NCBI RefSeq assembly: GCF_001194135.2
Contig: NC_068981.1
Location: 45,577,537-45,633,547, forward strand
Origin: Octopus bimaculoides
Taxonomy: Eukaryota
Direction of reading: 5' to 3'
DNA: 56,011 bases
The notes below the pieces were generated by a model. That model was not told where the DNA came from. It saw nothing but the letters and a program-made list of their open reading frames with translations, and did not search any database. Shown here piece after piece: positions 11,482 to 24,325 of this stretch. The position numbers and the translations under genes were made by a program. Each line of letters begins with the position of its first letter. Within the stretch, counting starts at the first letter, position 1.

Positions 11482-13215
11482 CACGATTTATTTTCAATCA
11501 GGTATGTTCGGAATCTGAGGTACAACTGTACTTGTTAATAGTTATAATGCAATAGAAAATTATGTCTGATATCACAACCTTCGTTAACATTATCTTAATC
11601 TTGTGTCGCACAGAATATATTTCCCTTTTATAATCTCGCTGTTGTGAATTATTTGTATTTCAAACTTCTGGGGAATTTTTCACATAACCAGGTTATAATA
11701 TGATCTTACCTCAGCTCCTCTGTAGGTACCCACATGCCAGTGCCAGACAGAAAAAAAAACGCCACTTTGGATTTGTACAACGACAATTAATTTCATTTAT
11801 GATACTGCTATCTGCACTGTTCCACTTAACATTCTGTCTGAAAAAAAACTACTTCCAATTCTCATGATACAGAACTAGCATCCTTAAAGCAACCTCACTC
11901 CATTATCATTGTTCATGCTTGATTTTACTCCGGATCTATCATCATCTAGTTTGTCACTGGTATCAAAAATTGCTAGATTAATATCATAACTCATGTACTA
12001 TCTCAGAGACTTTACGTCTGATTTTAGTAACCACATTTATTAACAGCAATATCAGCTTTGGTTGATGAACAAACTCCAATTGTAATGGAATTCGGAAATA
12101 GAACACAGCTTATCTCTAATAAATTGGCGTCTAACTTGTTCTTATCCTTCGGTGCCGTTGATAATCTATTCAGTAGGATTATAACAACATAGACATAATT
12201 TTGCTCAGAATTGTTTATTTTACTTCCTTTACAGACTGACCATCTTTTTGGCCTATCCTCGGATTTCCTTACTTCTGAAAATACCAAGACAATAAAGTAT
12301 CATTTCTTTCCAATTATAATCTATTTTCTAATTAGGAATAGTGTGAGTACTCTCTAGGGAATGTCTTCATGATAGGAATGGTTCCTTGTCATCGTATATT
12401 TAGCAGAATTTGTTGTTTTGACACTATATGTGTATATGTGTGAATATGTGTATGTGTGTGTGGGGGGTGCGCGTGCGCGAAGGCGTTTAAATACAAAGAG
12501 GAAGTGAAAGAAAAGTAAAGAGACAGAGATGCAGAAGGAGAGAAATGACTACCATTTCTGCAGGTTGTAATTATGACATTGGAAAGTGTTCATGTTTGAC
12601 GACAAAAAATAAATCATTGTGTGCTTTTATAGTTAAGGTTGCGTACGAAATATCTTTATACGTATTTGACTTTATAACATGTTTACGAAAAAAAAATTAC
12701 TTTCTTTGATATTGAAAAGGAAATTAATCAAGAAGGGCATAAGTCTGGGCACTCCACATATTTCCACGAGCCAAATGCGTTCTCATTATAATTGCAGTTT
12801 TTTTTTTCGTTATTTTCGACTGATAAAAATCTTGATCATAACCAGGTGTTATTTTACTGCCTCAAAATCCAAATATTAATTTTATTTGATTTGGAAGTTA
12901 CGTATCTTTAGTATTAGTGTCCATGAATGGGTATTTGAATATATTCATATGTCAATATGTAATGCATGTTAGAGTTAAAAACTATTTACCATCACACTAA
13001 TATTCTGGATAAAAGCATAACATGTAAGTTTGCGAGGTGAAAGCTTAAGTTCACGAGACATCCACATTTATTTAGAGTCATCAGCATAAGAGCTAATATT
13101 TTCTTTTAAATTCATCACAGAAAAATCGAAATTGACTCGTCTGGGAGAAGTTATAAATTGAGGGAGCATAATACTTTTTAATACCTGCCCACACAATTTC
13201 TAACAAGTGAAACCT

Positions 13216-13255
<40 letters not shown>

Positions 13256-14629
13256 CCTACACACACACACACAAACATACACACACACACACACAAACAT
13301 ACACACACATATGCACAAACACACACACACACACACACGCATATATTTGATGCATGAGTGTACACAGATTTCTTTTTTATTTGTTATATGAAACATTTCT
13401 GTAAAGAAATTTTCATACGTATACGGACATAAGACTAAACGGATATACCTAGACACGCGCGCACACACACACACGCATACATACGCACACACGCACATAT
13501 TCGCACGCACACATAAATTCAAAACACATAAAAGGCAGAGAGGTAAATAGATAAGGAAAGAATTGAGGAAAAGAAAATGAAATACTGCAATCAGAAATTG
13601 GATAATGATAAACAAAATAAAAAAAAAGTAAAAAAGTACATAAACCGCTAAGCGTAACACCAAATGTAACTCACACCTGATTGAATAGTTAAATCATATG
13701 AACATATTCTTGGGAGTGTCCTTCTATTTCTATGTGTATGTCTGTATGACGATTACACTGATATCCTTTTATCGCCACATTCATTTACAGATACCTAGAG
13801 AACATAACACATGTACATACATTTCCTGAACAAGATTACTGAAGCATGTCTAGATATTTATTCATAAAATATAGGAAATAGTTCATCCGTACATGCGTTT
13901 AATTGCGTGTCTTTTACTTCTTACTTCATAAGAATTGATAATTTGTAGTCAACAAATGTACTCTATAGATTTCCCATAATCCTCTGTGTAAAAGTTTCAG
14001 AGAAGCAATATATATTTTCCTACAAACGAACGCCAGCGAAATCCATTTGGCTGTCTTTCCTTTGCTTACATGATCTCATGCCAGTTATACAGACGTATAT
14101 TAATTCAAATGGTTACATCAGCCAACGGAGAAAAAGCAAGCAGCTAGGGAAATCAGAATGATATTCTGATAAGGTTGAACTTTTCTTAGAATTAAGATGA
14201 GAAAATCAATGTAAAGTCTCCGTGCGAAATTTAATATTTTTATCTATATATCTCACAAAGAGATAATCTTATAAAACTAGTTCAAGCGAAATATTTCGTC
14301 TAACGGCAATTAAATGTTGCAAGATTCATCTCATGCCTGTTTGAATATTTAATATGAATTATAGATCCTTATAAAAGGGAAAGTGTAGAAGAGAGTACGA
14401 AAAAAAGTTCGAAGATTTCGTGCAAAGGTATATGCGTGAGTTTGTGTCTTATTATTCAGTGTCTATGCGTATTTGATTAAGTATGTAGGTCTAAGCATTA
14501 TGTGCAATTGTGCAAGTATACGTATGTGCGTATGCTTAACGAATAAACATAAAGATGAAAGTTATTATTTTCTGAAAGATCGAAATTTAACCAAATTCAC
14601 AGACCTGAACTTAGAGAGAATCATAGATT

Positions 14630-14866
<237 letters not shown>

Positions 14867-14871
14867 ATTGA

Positions 14872-15538
14872 GAGTCAAACTTAGGAATGAACACGTGTCT
14901 CGGTGTGTTGCATCTGGAACAGAGTGGATGAAATCATTGTCCATATCACGACCACATCCTCTAGACTTGCGCAAAACAACTAGAATAAGGTAGCGAAGAG
15001 AAGAGGAAAGAGAAGAGGCAAGACGTCGTGTGAGCACAAACTGCAGAAAGTGGCGGAATCGGAGACTAGCAAAATCCTCTGGGATTTTCCAATCCAAACA
15101 CATCAAGTGCTAGAGCATAACAAAAGTGGACCTAGTGATGGTGGACAAGATGCACCACATATACTATATAGTTGATTTGCATACCCCTTTCACCCATGAA
15201 TAGTCAAGTAGGAAGGCGAAAAATTTGATAAATACAAGGGTATTCAGTGACAAATAGCCTGGCAACGGAAAATGAAAGAGGCGAAGATATTGCCAATTAT
15301 TTTTTGGGTCCTTGGGAATAGTATCAGAAGGCATCAATGGGAATATAAAACAAATTGGAATAGAGAGCTCTGTAGAACTGTTACAAAAGTTTTGCCTCCT
15401 TGGCACGACCAGAATAACCAGGAAAGTATTAGGTAAGTGAAAAAATGGGTAGCATGGTACCGTAGGCTGCAGCTAAGTAGTAAACCCGCTACGCATGTAA
15501 GGCTTCATGTTCTCCAACAAAACCTGTAATAAAGAGAG

Positions 15539-15540
<2 letters not shown>
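14872..15540 (+). mobile_element. R4/Dong-like retrotransposon, 5'-truncated 3' end (zinc-finger remnant, restriction-like endonuclease, 3' UTR, TAA tail)
   Basis: Frameshifted translation EHKLQKVAESETSKILWDFPIQTHQVLEHNK-VDLVMVDK...YIVD...KFDKYKGIQ*QIA...ILPIIF-GSLGIVSEG...VELLQKFCLLGTTRITRKVLGK*, followed by (TAA)n from about 15540. Confidence 0.9.
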
Positions 15541-15602
<62 letters not shown>

Positions 15603-15644
15603 AGATAATGATGATGATGACGACGGCGACGATGATGATGGTGG

Positions 15645-15679
<35 letters not shown>

Positions 15680-15702
15680 ATGATGATGATAATGATAATA
15701 AT
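15538..15702 (+). repeat. (TAA)n/(TGA)n microsatellite
   Basis: Directly visible. Confidence 0.97.
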
Positions 15703-15714
15703 TCAAGCTTTATG

Positions 15715-16221
15715 GTAAAGATAAAGCCCAAGTCAGTTCCCTCGTTTGTACGGTGTGTACCTTCAGTGCTGATATCAGAATGGATTTCGGACTGAGAAAG
15801 TGTCATGTGTTAGTCTTGATGAGAGTTGAAATCAAATGTATGGATGGGCTAACGATACCATCGGCGGAAGTTATGAATGAAATAGAAGAGACGGGTTATA
15901 AGTACTTGACGATTTTAGAAATGGATGAATTGATGGAGAAAGAAATGACAGAAAAATTTAAGGTGGAGTACTTGCGCAGACTGAGACTTAAGTCGAAATA
16001 AAACGGACAGAATAAGATGCAGTTTCAATCCTTAGACGTGGAACAGCGTTAATCAGTGGACAAAACGGTGAAACCGTATGGCATATTACCAGCCAATGTA
16101 CGCCACTATCCCAGAAGAAAAATAAGAGACGCCACTACAATATAGCCAGGTTTATCGATTAGACACTTTGCAACAAGACAGAGCAAAAAACTGGTACGAA
16201 AACAAACATGAAGGCATAATG

Positions 16222-16225
<4 letters not shown>
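15715..16225 (+). mobile_element. R4/Dong-like retrotransposon, internally deleted RT plus zinc-finger fragment
   Basis: LYGKDKAQVSSLVCTVCTFSADIRMDFGLRKC...YKYLTILE...EYLRRLRLKSK*NG, then TVWHITSQCTPLSQKK (CCHC region), ending in (TAA)n at about 16225-16290. Confidence 0.85.
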
Positions 16226-16266
<41 letters not shown>

Positions 16267-16451
16267 TCAATAATAATAATATTAATTATATTCAGGTTAA
16301 CTTAAAAAGTTTCTCCTTCTTTGCTTAAAGCTTAAATTCCTAAAATTTACCTTTTTTTTTTGATTCACCATCAAATGAAATTTAGCTATTTGAAACACAT
16401 TGACTGCTACAATACAGAACTTTTTGTTGAGAGCACATGTATTTTATCTCT

Positions 16452-16870
16452 NNNNNNNNNNNNNNNNNNNNNNNNNNNNNNNNNNNNNNNNNNNNNNNNN
16501 NNNNNNNNNNNNNNNNNNNNNNNNNNNNNNNNNNNNNNNNNNNNNNNNNNNNNNNNNNNNNNNNNNNNNNNNNNNNNNNNNNNNNNNNNNNNNNNNNNNN
16601 NNNNNNNNNNNNNNNNNNNNNNNNNNNNNNNNNNNNNNNNNNNNNNNNNNNNNNNNNNNNNNNNNNNNNNNNNNNNNNNNNNNNNNNNNNNNNNNNNNNN
16701 NNNNNNNNNNNNNNNNNNNNNNNNNNNNNNNNNNNNNNNNNNNNNNNNNNNNNNNNNNNNNNNNNNNNNNNNNNNNNNNNNNNNNNNNNNNNNNNNNNNN
16801 NNNNNNNNNNNNNNNNNNNNNNNNNNNNNNNNNNNNNNNNNNNNNNNNNNNNNNNNNNNNNNNNNNNNNN
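16452..16870. other. Assembly gap (N run)
   Basis: N bases. Confidence 1.
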
Positions 16871-16989
16871 TATATATATATATATGTATATTCTACTAGC
16901 TGTTATTTTTCTTTATTTTATACATATTTTCACTTTAATTTTTTTAACATATTTTGAAATAAAATCTAATTTCATTTTACGGGCTTGTT

Positions 16990-17830
16990 TTTAATATCTG
17001 GCAATGTCAGGGAGATGAGGGGAGTTCAGCGTCCATCACTTATAAAATGCCCTATGGCCTGCGCCAGATCTCTCCTCTGACAGTCAAGTCTGAATCCATC
17101 AACAAACAACAGAAGAGTGGGAAAAGGCGAGTATCTGGCGCCGGAAAATAACCAGTGCTCCGGGTAGGCTGTACTTGTCAGCCTTGGATGGCACGCAGCC
17201 TAGCACAAGGAACACTCTGCGTTGAAAATCAGAGAAACAAGGCCCCTGTCGTCTTGGCGGACTGCCTTCATAGAGATGGTGTGTCCATAAATTTACCGGT
17301 TGGTAGTAACCTAAAAACACACACCATTTGTAAGTGAAAATGCCAAGCAAAATAGATGACTATAACGGGACTGGAACCAATGATGAAGGTGCCGCACTTG
17401 CCACTGAGCAGCAAGTTGGGTCCGGTTGTAATCCTGCAAATGCTAGCCATTGTACAAGATATAAGTGGAGTAAACTAGTAAACATGATGGTTATTGAGTG
17501 TTACTAGTAGCGCACACTGGTGGATGCGAATGGCATGCCTGTCAGAGGGTACAGAATGCTCAGTGAATGGAAGTCAATGGAACTCTTCGAAATTGAAAAG
17601 AGATTATGTGACCAAACAAGAGAAATAAGACATAATGGATGGTTAACAGAATTGGAGCTACAGGCTACTAAAAGAAGGATATCAGAAGTGCCTGAACATG
17701 TGAGAAATGAAAGTGTTATAGTGGAAGATCTGGACAATTGTTCGCAAGAATATAATACCATGAATTGTGAAAAAATTGAGATAAATGCCTGCTGAAACAA
17801 TGATGATCGATGAATAATTGATAGAAATTT
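16990..17830 (+). mobile_element. R4/Dong-like retrotransposon 5' portion (GC-richer 5' UTR and N-terminal ORF)
   Basis: RYKWSKLVNMMVIECY**...DANGMPVRGYRMLSEWKSMELFEIEKRLCDQTREIRHNGWLTELELQATKRRI matches the recalled Dong-type N-terminus (KW....N..VMECY...GYR.RM...W...EQRL.DQ...I.KN.WL...E). Confidence 0.8.
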
Positions 17831-17869
17831 GGATCTATTGCGGGATTAGAGTTCTCCTTCAAACAGTGA

Positions 17870-18195
17870 CAATGTTTCACAGTGAAAAACAGCTTCACAT
17901 GTACTTCAGAGAACCTGATATGCGCACTAACTTGCTTTAGGTATCAAAAGCAATACATAGGCCAAACAAAAAACAGTATACGAGAAAGGATGGCTCTGCA
18001 CAGATCCCAGATCAAAATTCTCCAAAACAAGAAAATAGTATTCAGCTAACACGTCGACATTTGTGCCAATAACAATAATCCAGGCTTCAGAATTTTCCTC
18101 TCTACCAATTCAGGGACGATGCAACCTGTAGCCAACAAATTAATAAGGAGACTCACTTTATTACAAAATACACACCCTTTTTGAACGCATCTACA
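17870..18195 (+). mobile_element. Penelope-like element, GIY-YIG endonuclease remnant
   Basis: FTVKNSFTCTSENLICALTCFRYQKQYIGQTKNSIRERMALHRSQI...KETHFITKYTPFLN shows the (V/I)Y...YIG-T...R...H and E..FI....P.LN motifs. Confidence 0.85.
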
Positions 18196-18666
18196 ACAAA
18201 CGACATATCCACCACGGCCCTAGAATAACACAAACACACACAAATGTTAAAAATGATATATTCAAGAGATATCCAAGAATTCATTAAAAAACAGTCCCAA
18301 TCACTGCTATATATAATCCACAACGAGCCACTTCTAGGTCTCTTCACCATTTAACATCCTACTACTATTTTACCACCCGCATTCCCTTATTATTCTCTCT
18401 TCTCTTTCTCCCTCTTCATCGTCGTCTTCCTCTTCGCCACCTCCTTCCTTACTTTACTAGTATTGCTCTTTATAATAACACCTACGCAAATATAAACGAT
18501 ACATTCAAAAGTGATGTCTCAATAATTCAATCACTACTATCATCCATTCCAAATCCCTTTCAGGACACGACCAATTAATATCCTTCTACTATCATAGCAC
18601 TCCTGCATTCTTCTCCTCCTCCCCCTCCCCTCCTCCTCCTTCACCTCCTCCTCGTCCTACTACTCC

Positions 18667-18759
18667 NNNNNNNNNNNNNNNNNNNNNNNNNNNNNNNNNN
18701 NNNNNNNNNNNNNNNNNNNNNNNNNNNNNNNNNNNNNNNNNNNNNNNNNNNNNNNNNNN
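18667..18759. other. Assembly gap (N run)
   Basis: N bases. Confidence 1.
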
Positions 18760-19883
18760 CTTCTTCTTCTTCTTCTTCTTCTTCTGTGCCAAAAATTCAC
18801 AATAACCTCGAACCCACAAGAGTAAACAAGAGAAACAGAGACAGGCAGAAACAAGGAAACTGCCCCTTGAATTTGAATACTATGCGAATATTTTAAAAAT
18901 AATATTTTCATTTAATTTTTCCCAAATTTAATTGTTTTCCATACTTGCAGTTGAAAAGGTCTCAATGACTGAAACCGGTACTGTTTTTCATAAAATTATT
19001 TTAGCATTTTCTACCTTCACTTTTTTTCGATACACACACACACACACATATATATAATAAATACATATACATAGTATTCCGCAGAGGAAAGAGCAATAAC
19101 GTCCACTCTCTCTCTATCTCTCTTCATAATTTCACACACACAGGCCCACAGCCAAATGCAAATATACTTGTATATACGGTTTGTGTATCTTAGATGTGTA
19201 TGTCCAAGGTAGTACATCTATAAATAAAAGCAAATTGTATTCAATACGTTCTGAAGATTATATAGCACTCTTAAAAGTTGAGAAAACATCAAATTGTTAC
19301 TCCGGGTTTTTACGTTTCGTTTGTGCATTCTATCAAATTTTATCGATCCGCGTTATAATGGATAATTGTGTCCCGACTTACAGGAATTTTACTCGATTCC
19401 AAAATATGACACATAGACCATATGTGCTCGTTTATTTATACGTGTGTGTGTATCTGTGTAGGAGTGTAGGAGTGTAGGAGTATCTGTGGAAGTGTGTATA
19501 TGTGTGTATGCGTGCATGTGTTTCTTCAGTTTTTAGGTGTAGTAGACTGTATATGATTGCTTCTTACGAAATAAAATTTGAATAACATTTGAAAACATGA
19601 AAGACTGGAATATTCTTTCCTTTCCAATATTTGCATTCGTTTCACATTTGTAAATATTTGTTACGTTAAGATAAACACGCACTGTTTGCAAGTTTATTTT
19701 AAATGGTTACTATACAAAGTTTCAACAATATGCACACGTATACAACATTCAATTAATCATGTGTAATTTTATTATTATCGATAAATATGTGTAATATCAA
19801 TTTGAAAATGTTAAATATATTACTTAATCATATAACTACATTTATTGATGCAAATACTCCCACATACAAAATATACAATTATG

Positions 19884-19917
<34 letters not shown>

Positions 19918-19964
19918 TTTCTCTCTCTCTCGCTCTCGCTCTCTCTCGCTATCTCTCCCTCTCA

Positions 19965-20235
19965 CTCAGAGAAACAAATGACGAAGGCAGGTGTATAAAC
20001 AACAAACATGTGTATTAGTTTAACGCTCGGGAGGTGAGAAAGTCTATTACGTTTCCAGCCTACGCTCTTCAACAGAAAAGAACACGAAGAAATATACAAA
20101 GAGAGAATAAAAGAAGCTTTTGGAGCCAGAGGTCAATCATGGCGGCTGGCTGGAAAGAGGTAGTTAGACAGGAGAATTAGGAAGGAGAGAAGATAAAGTA
20201 TTGGTGATCCCAAAACGAAGGTGCGCGTGCGTGTA
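19965..20235 (-). mobile_element. Penelope-type dispersed repeat with decayed hammerhead motif, copy 2
   Basis: Aligns with 665-925. The minus strand of 20041-20080 reads cttttctgttgaagagcgtaggctggaaacgtaatagact. Confidence 0.65.
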
Positions 20236-23009
20236 TGTATGTGAGAGTGTGTATGTGCGTGTAAATAGGGGCTGGTGACTTTGACGTGCGGATGTGTACG
20301 TGTGTAAGTATATTCGTTTGTAATGTATGAGTGTGTGGATAATGATGTAGGTGTTTGGAAGTGGTCAGTGCTAGCTTGTGTGAGGTTGTGTGATGTGATA
20401 TGGTGGTGTGTGGTGTGGCGGTGTTGGGGTGTAGGGATGTGAGGGTAGGGTGTGGGCTTGGGGTGAGAATGTCCAGGTAAGGGTGGGGTATGTGGGACTC
20501 TAACAATATGTCCGCTTTATGTATTTTTTGGTTTTCTTTCTTTCTGTATGTGTACATTTGTTTGTGTGCGTATGTATGTGGGCGCGCGCACGTATGCTCG
20601 AGTGTATGTATATAGAAAATTGAGTAAGTGGATTTCTGTAACACTGTGTAAGTTTCATATATGTAAATGCAACGCTTTACTGAGTAAAAGATATTTTCAA
20701 TTACTAGTGCGTTGATGTATAAATAATGAAATGTTCCTCGTAGTTATACGATATATTAAGTTTGACTAATTCGGACAAAGTTGCACCGTTATTTATCTTA
20801 ATGTTAGGCTGAATGGCAACGGCTTATTCATCAGGAGATCTATCGAGAGCATGGAAACACAAAATTGAATTTTATGAATAAAACATTAATGTCATCCTAT
20901 GGGTAAATAAAAGCCCCTCTGTTAATACTGAAAAATAAATAAGAATTCCATTGACAATGAAATCAAGTAACCAAATGAATGACCTTTTTGTATCACACAG
21001 AGGACACCATGTTATGTCTAGTATTCCAAATGTAGAATGGTTTTAAATATTTGCAATTCAAATGGAGAGAACTTTGGCGTTAACATTGTCAGAAACTTTA
21101 CTTTAACAAAAGCGGAGGAAACTATATTCTTGCTTCCTATAGAAATTCAAGACTGAAATAATGATGGTATCTCCTTCTGAGACAACATATTAAAGTAGCT
21201 GCAATAATTTAAGTTTATTCAAGAAAATATCTGCAACTATTTCCATTCCATTTATTTCATTCTTTCTCAATCTCAATGCAATTTCTAAATAACTTTTAGA
21301 CAATCTGTTCAATACAGATGGTTAATGTTAAATTCTCAGCATATTATTATTTTTTTTTTTTTAGTTTTATAGATAATTTAATAAAATCTGGGTACTTTTA
21401 ATATTTATTACAAAAATTCGGTGATAACTTAGAAAAAAGTATTTGCTTTGGGAATTCTACAGAAGATAGTAAAGCATCAACGTGTTCTCGCATTTCATTC
21501 AAACGAAAATACACACACGCCCCCTTGCCTGATGGAAAACTTCGAATGGCAGTAATAGTGGACTAATTGTTAAAGAAAGAATTGATTTGTCTTGCTTAAA
21601 TAATGACTAGTGGTGTTCTGATCCACAAAATTATATTTTCGGGTTTCTTTGTTTTTGGAGAAACTTCTTAACATTGCTACACGCAGCAATACAAAATATC
21701 GATGAGTTGCTCTGCAGGTGAAGAAATGAAACTGAAGTATATAGTCAACAATCCCCTGTCGAAAATACCTGGTAAAAGCAGAATTAAAATATTTGAACAT
21801 GAAACTAATCGAGAAAGAAATCGAAACAAGGAACACGACAGATATGATATGTATATGCGAATACACATACATTCAACTATATGTCTCTATGAATCTGTAT
21901 GCATATGCTCACCCCAATTATATTAATATCTGTGCGTATCCGTGGCCACAATCGTTGATGCCTGGTTAAGAAATTATTTTCCATTATTGAGACATAACTG
22001 ATCGATGTTGTAGACAGAAAGGCTTCGTGCTTAACAAGCCCTTAAGAATTGAATTGGAATAATTCAAACGACTGAATCAAGTCTGTTCTTATGTCTTTTA
22101 TTGAAAAAAAAACGGCCAGTAATTTTCCCGAAATGCCTGCGGCTGACTGTTTCCTTGTATATTTCATTTTGCGCAATAGACACTATACTTCGCCAGCTAT
22201 AAAACCTGCAGCTATTCCTTTCGATGAATTTAACAGATTCCTCTTTGTTACAAGCCTTGAAGCAAAGTATATTGGTTGAAGATCAATTTTTCCCTTTCAG
22301 ACTACAGTCTCGGGAGCTCTGCTAGGGATTACATATATAATAATGTTTAACCAAATCCATATACAATAGTCGTCGAATATGTAATAACTAACATCATTAA
22401 TTTGTAGTTTATCTCACAATTACTAGAGGAAAATAGCTAAAAATTTAAGTAGCATAGTAATTAACTAATTTCTCTGTGACATTCTTGGAATATATTTTGT
22501 ATATCAACCGGTTCCCAATTATTTGATTATCAAATATCAGGTGTACAAATTCCAGTTAAGATTTATCAAGCATAATTAATATTTTAATAATGCAAATATA
22601 TTGAGTCAACACATGTACCTTGGTTTACGGACTTGTACTTAATTTTTTTTAATTGGGATAAACTCATATTTCTTAATTCATATATTCAGAAGGAAAAGAA
22701 AATGAAAGATGAGAGATTATATATTATCACCACAATTTAATCCTCTACATATGTACACAATTATTCTCACTTTGCGAAACAAAATTACAATTAACAAAAA
22801 AGAAAAAAAAAACAAGATATAATCTAACAAATTAAACTAATTAAGGAACGTACCAAATGAAGTCGTGTGTGTTCGTGTGGATACATTTATACGTGTGTGC
22901 GCGTGTGTGTGTATATATCTGTGTATGTATTTAATTATATATATGTTTATATGTTTATAAGCTTGTATACATATATATATATATGTATGTATATATCTGT
23001 ATATACATA

Positions 23010-23725
23010 CAAGATAGAAGTCAGGCAGTAGTGGCTAATGGAGCCACCTCTATGAAAACACAGATAATGAGCGGTGTTCCACAGGGCACTGTCTTGGGAC
23101 CATTGCTTTTTATAGTCGCTCTCTCAGATATGCCTTCAAGTGCCTGGATAACCACTCTTGCAAGCTACGCAGACGATACAAAAGTCTCGCAGAAAATACA
23201 GAACTCCAGTGAGGTTGCACACCTGCAGCAGGAATTGGACTCAGTTTAAGGATGGGCTGAGGACAATAATATGCAGTTTAATGCTTAAAAATTCCAAGCC
23301 CTGCGCTAGCAACGTCCAAAACTGAATATGAAACTTACAGAGTACACTTGTCCACAGGGAATTTCAATCCCAGAGCCTAAACCAGTGAGAGACCTGGGAA
23401 TCGACATGAGTGATGATACATCTTTCCAAGTGCACATTACCAGAATGGCAACAAAGTGCAGACGATTGGCTGGATGGATCCTGAGAACATTCAGAACCAG
23501 AGATAAGGAAACCATGATGATTCTCTGGAGGACATTCGTGCTCAGCCGCCTGGATTACTGCTCACAGCTGTGGTCACCCACCAGTCTGAAATTAACGGCA
23601 GACCTTGAAGCAATCCAGAGGAGATTCACAAAGAAGATTGTCTCTTTGCAACTGCTCAGCTACTGGGAAAAGCTGAAACAGCTAAGACTCTACTCCCTGG
23701 AGAGAAGGCGCGAGAGGTATGCAGT
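23010..23725 (+). mobile_element. CR1-clade LINE ORF2 reverse transcriptase fragment, truncated by gap
   Basis: SGVPQGTVLGPLLF...SYADDTK (YADD at 23166-23177)...VRDLGIDMS...WILRTFRTRD...VLSRLDYCSQLWSP...LEAIQRRFTK...LYSLERRRERYA, with a few in-frame stops and no frameshift, so relatively young. Confidence 0.95.
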
Positions 23726-24258
23726 NNNNNNNNNNNNNNNNNNNNNNNNNNNNNNNNNNNNNNNNNNNNNNNNNNNNNNNNNNNNNNNNNNNNNNNNNNN
23801 NNNNNNNNNNNNNNNNNNNNNNNNNNNNNNNNNNNNNNNNNNNNNNNNNNNNNNNNNNNNNNNNNNNNNNNNNNNNNNNNNNNNNNNNNNNNNNNNNNNN
23901 NNNNNNNNNNNNNNNNNNNNNNNNNNNNNNNNNNNNNNNNNNNNNNNNNNNNNNNNNNNNNNNNNNNNNNNNNNNNNNNNNNNNNNNNNNNNNNNNNNNN
24001 NNNNNNNNNNNNNNNNNNNNNNNNNNNNNNNNNNNNNNNNNNNNNNNNNNNNNNNNNNNNNNNNNNNNNNNNNNNNNNNNNNNNNNNNNNNNNNNNNNNN
24101 NNNNNNNNNNNNNNNNNNNNNNNNNNNNNNNNNNNNNNNNNNNNNNNNNNNNNNNNNNNNNNNNNNNNNNNNNNNNNNNNNNNNNNNNNNNNNNNNNNNN
24201 NNNNNNNNNNNNNNNNNNNNNNNNNNNNNNNNNNNNNNNNNNNNNNNNNNNNNNNNNN
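23726..24258. other. Assembly gap (N run)
   Basis: N bases. Confidence 1.
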
Positions 24259-24294
24259 TATATATATATATATATATGCATATATTTATATGTG

Positions 24295-24325
<31 letters not shown>

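Noticed and set aside
11710-11837. Minus-strand exon candidate (ttttttttcag ... GAG|gtaaga)
   Set aside because: Stops in all three frames and no supporting neighbours.
17000-17145. Possible HDV-like ribozyme at the R4 5' end (gcgccagat pairs with atctggcgc; ctcctc loop; gcgag before the 3' strand)
   Set aside because: I could form only a P2-like helix; no consistent P1/P3/P1.1 nesting was found by hand.
21702-21926. 74-aa ORF MSCSAGEEMKLKY...
   Set aside because: No recognisable domain; it runs into low-complexity sequence and its size is expected by chance.
22050-22290. Minus QPIYFASRL resembling the LTR-retrotransposon RNase H motif PI.FASR.L
   Set aside because: The expected downstream motif (E.E.LA...A...F..YL) is absent, so this is a single short match.
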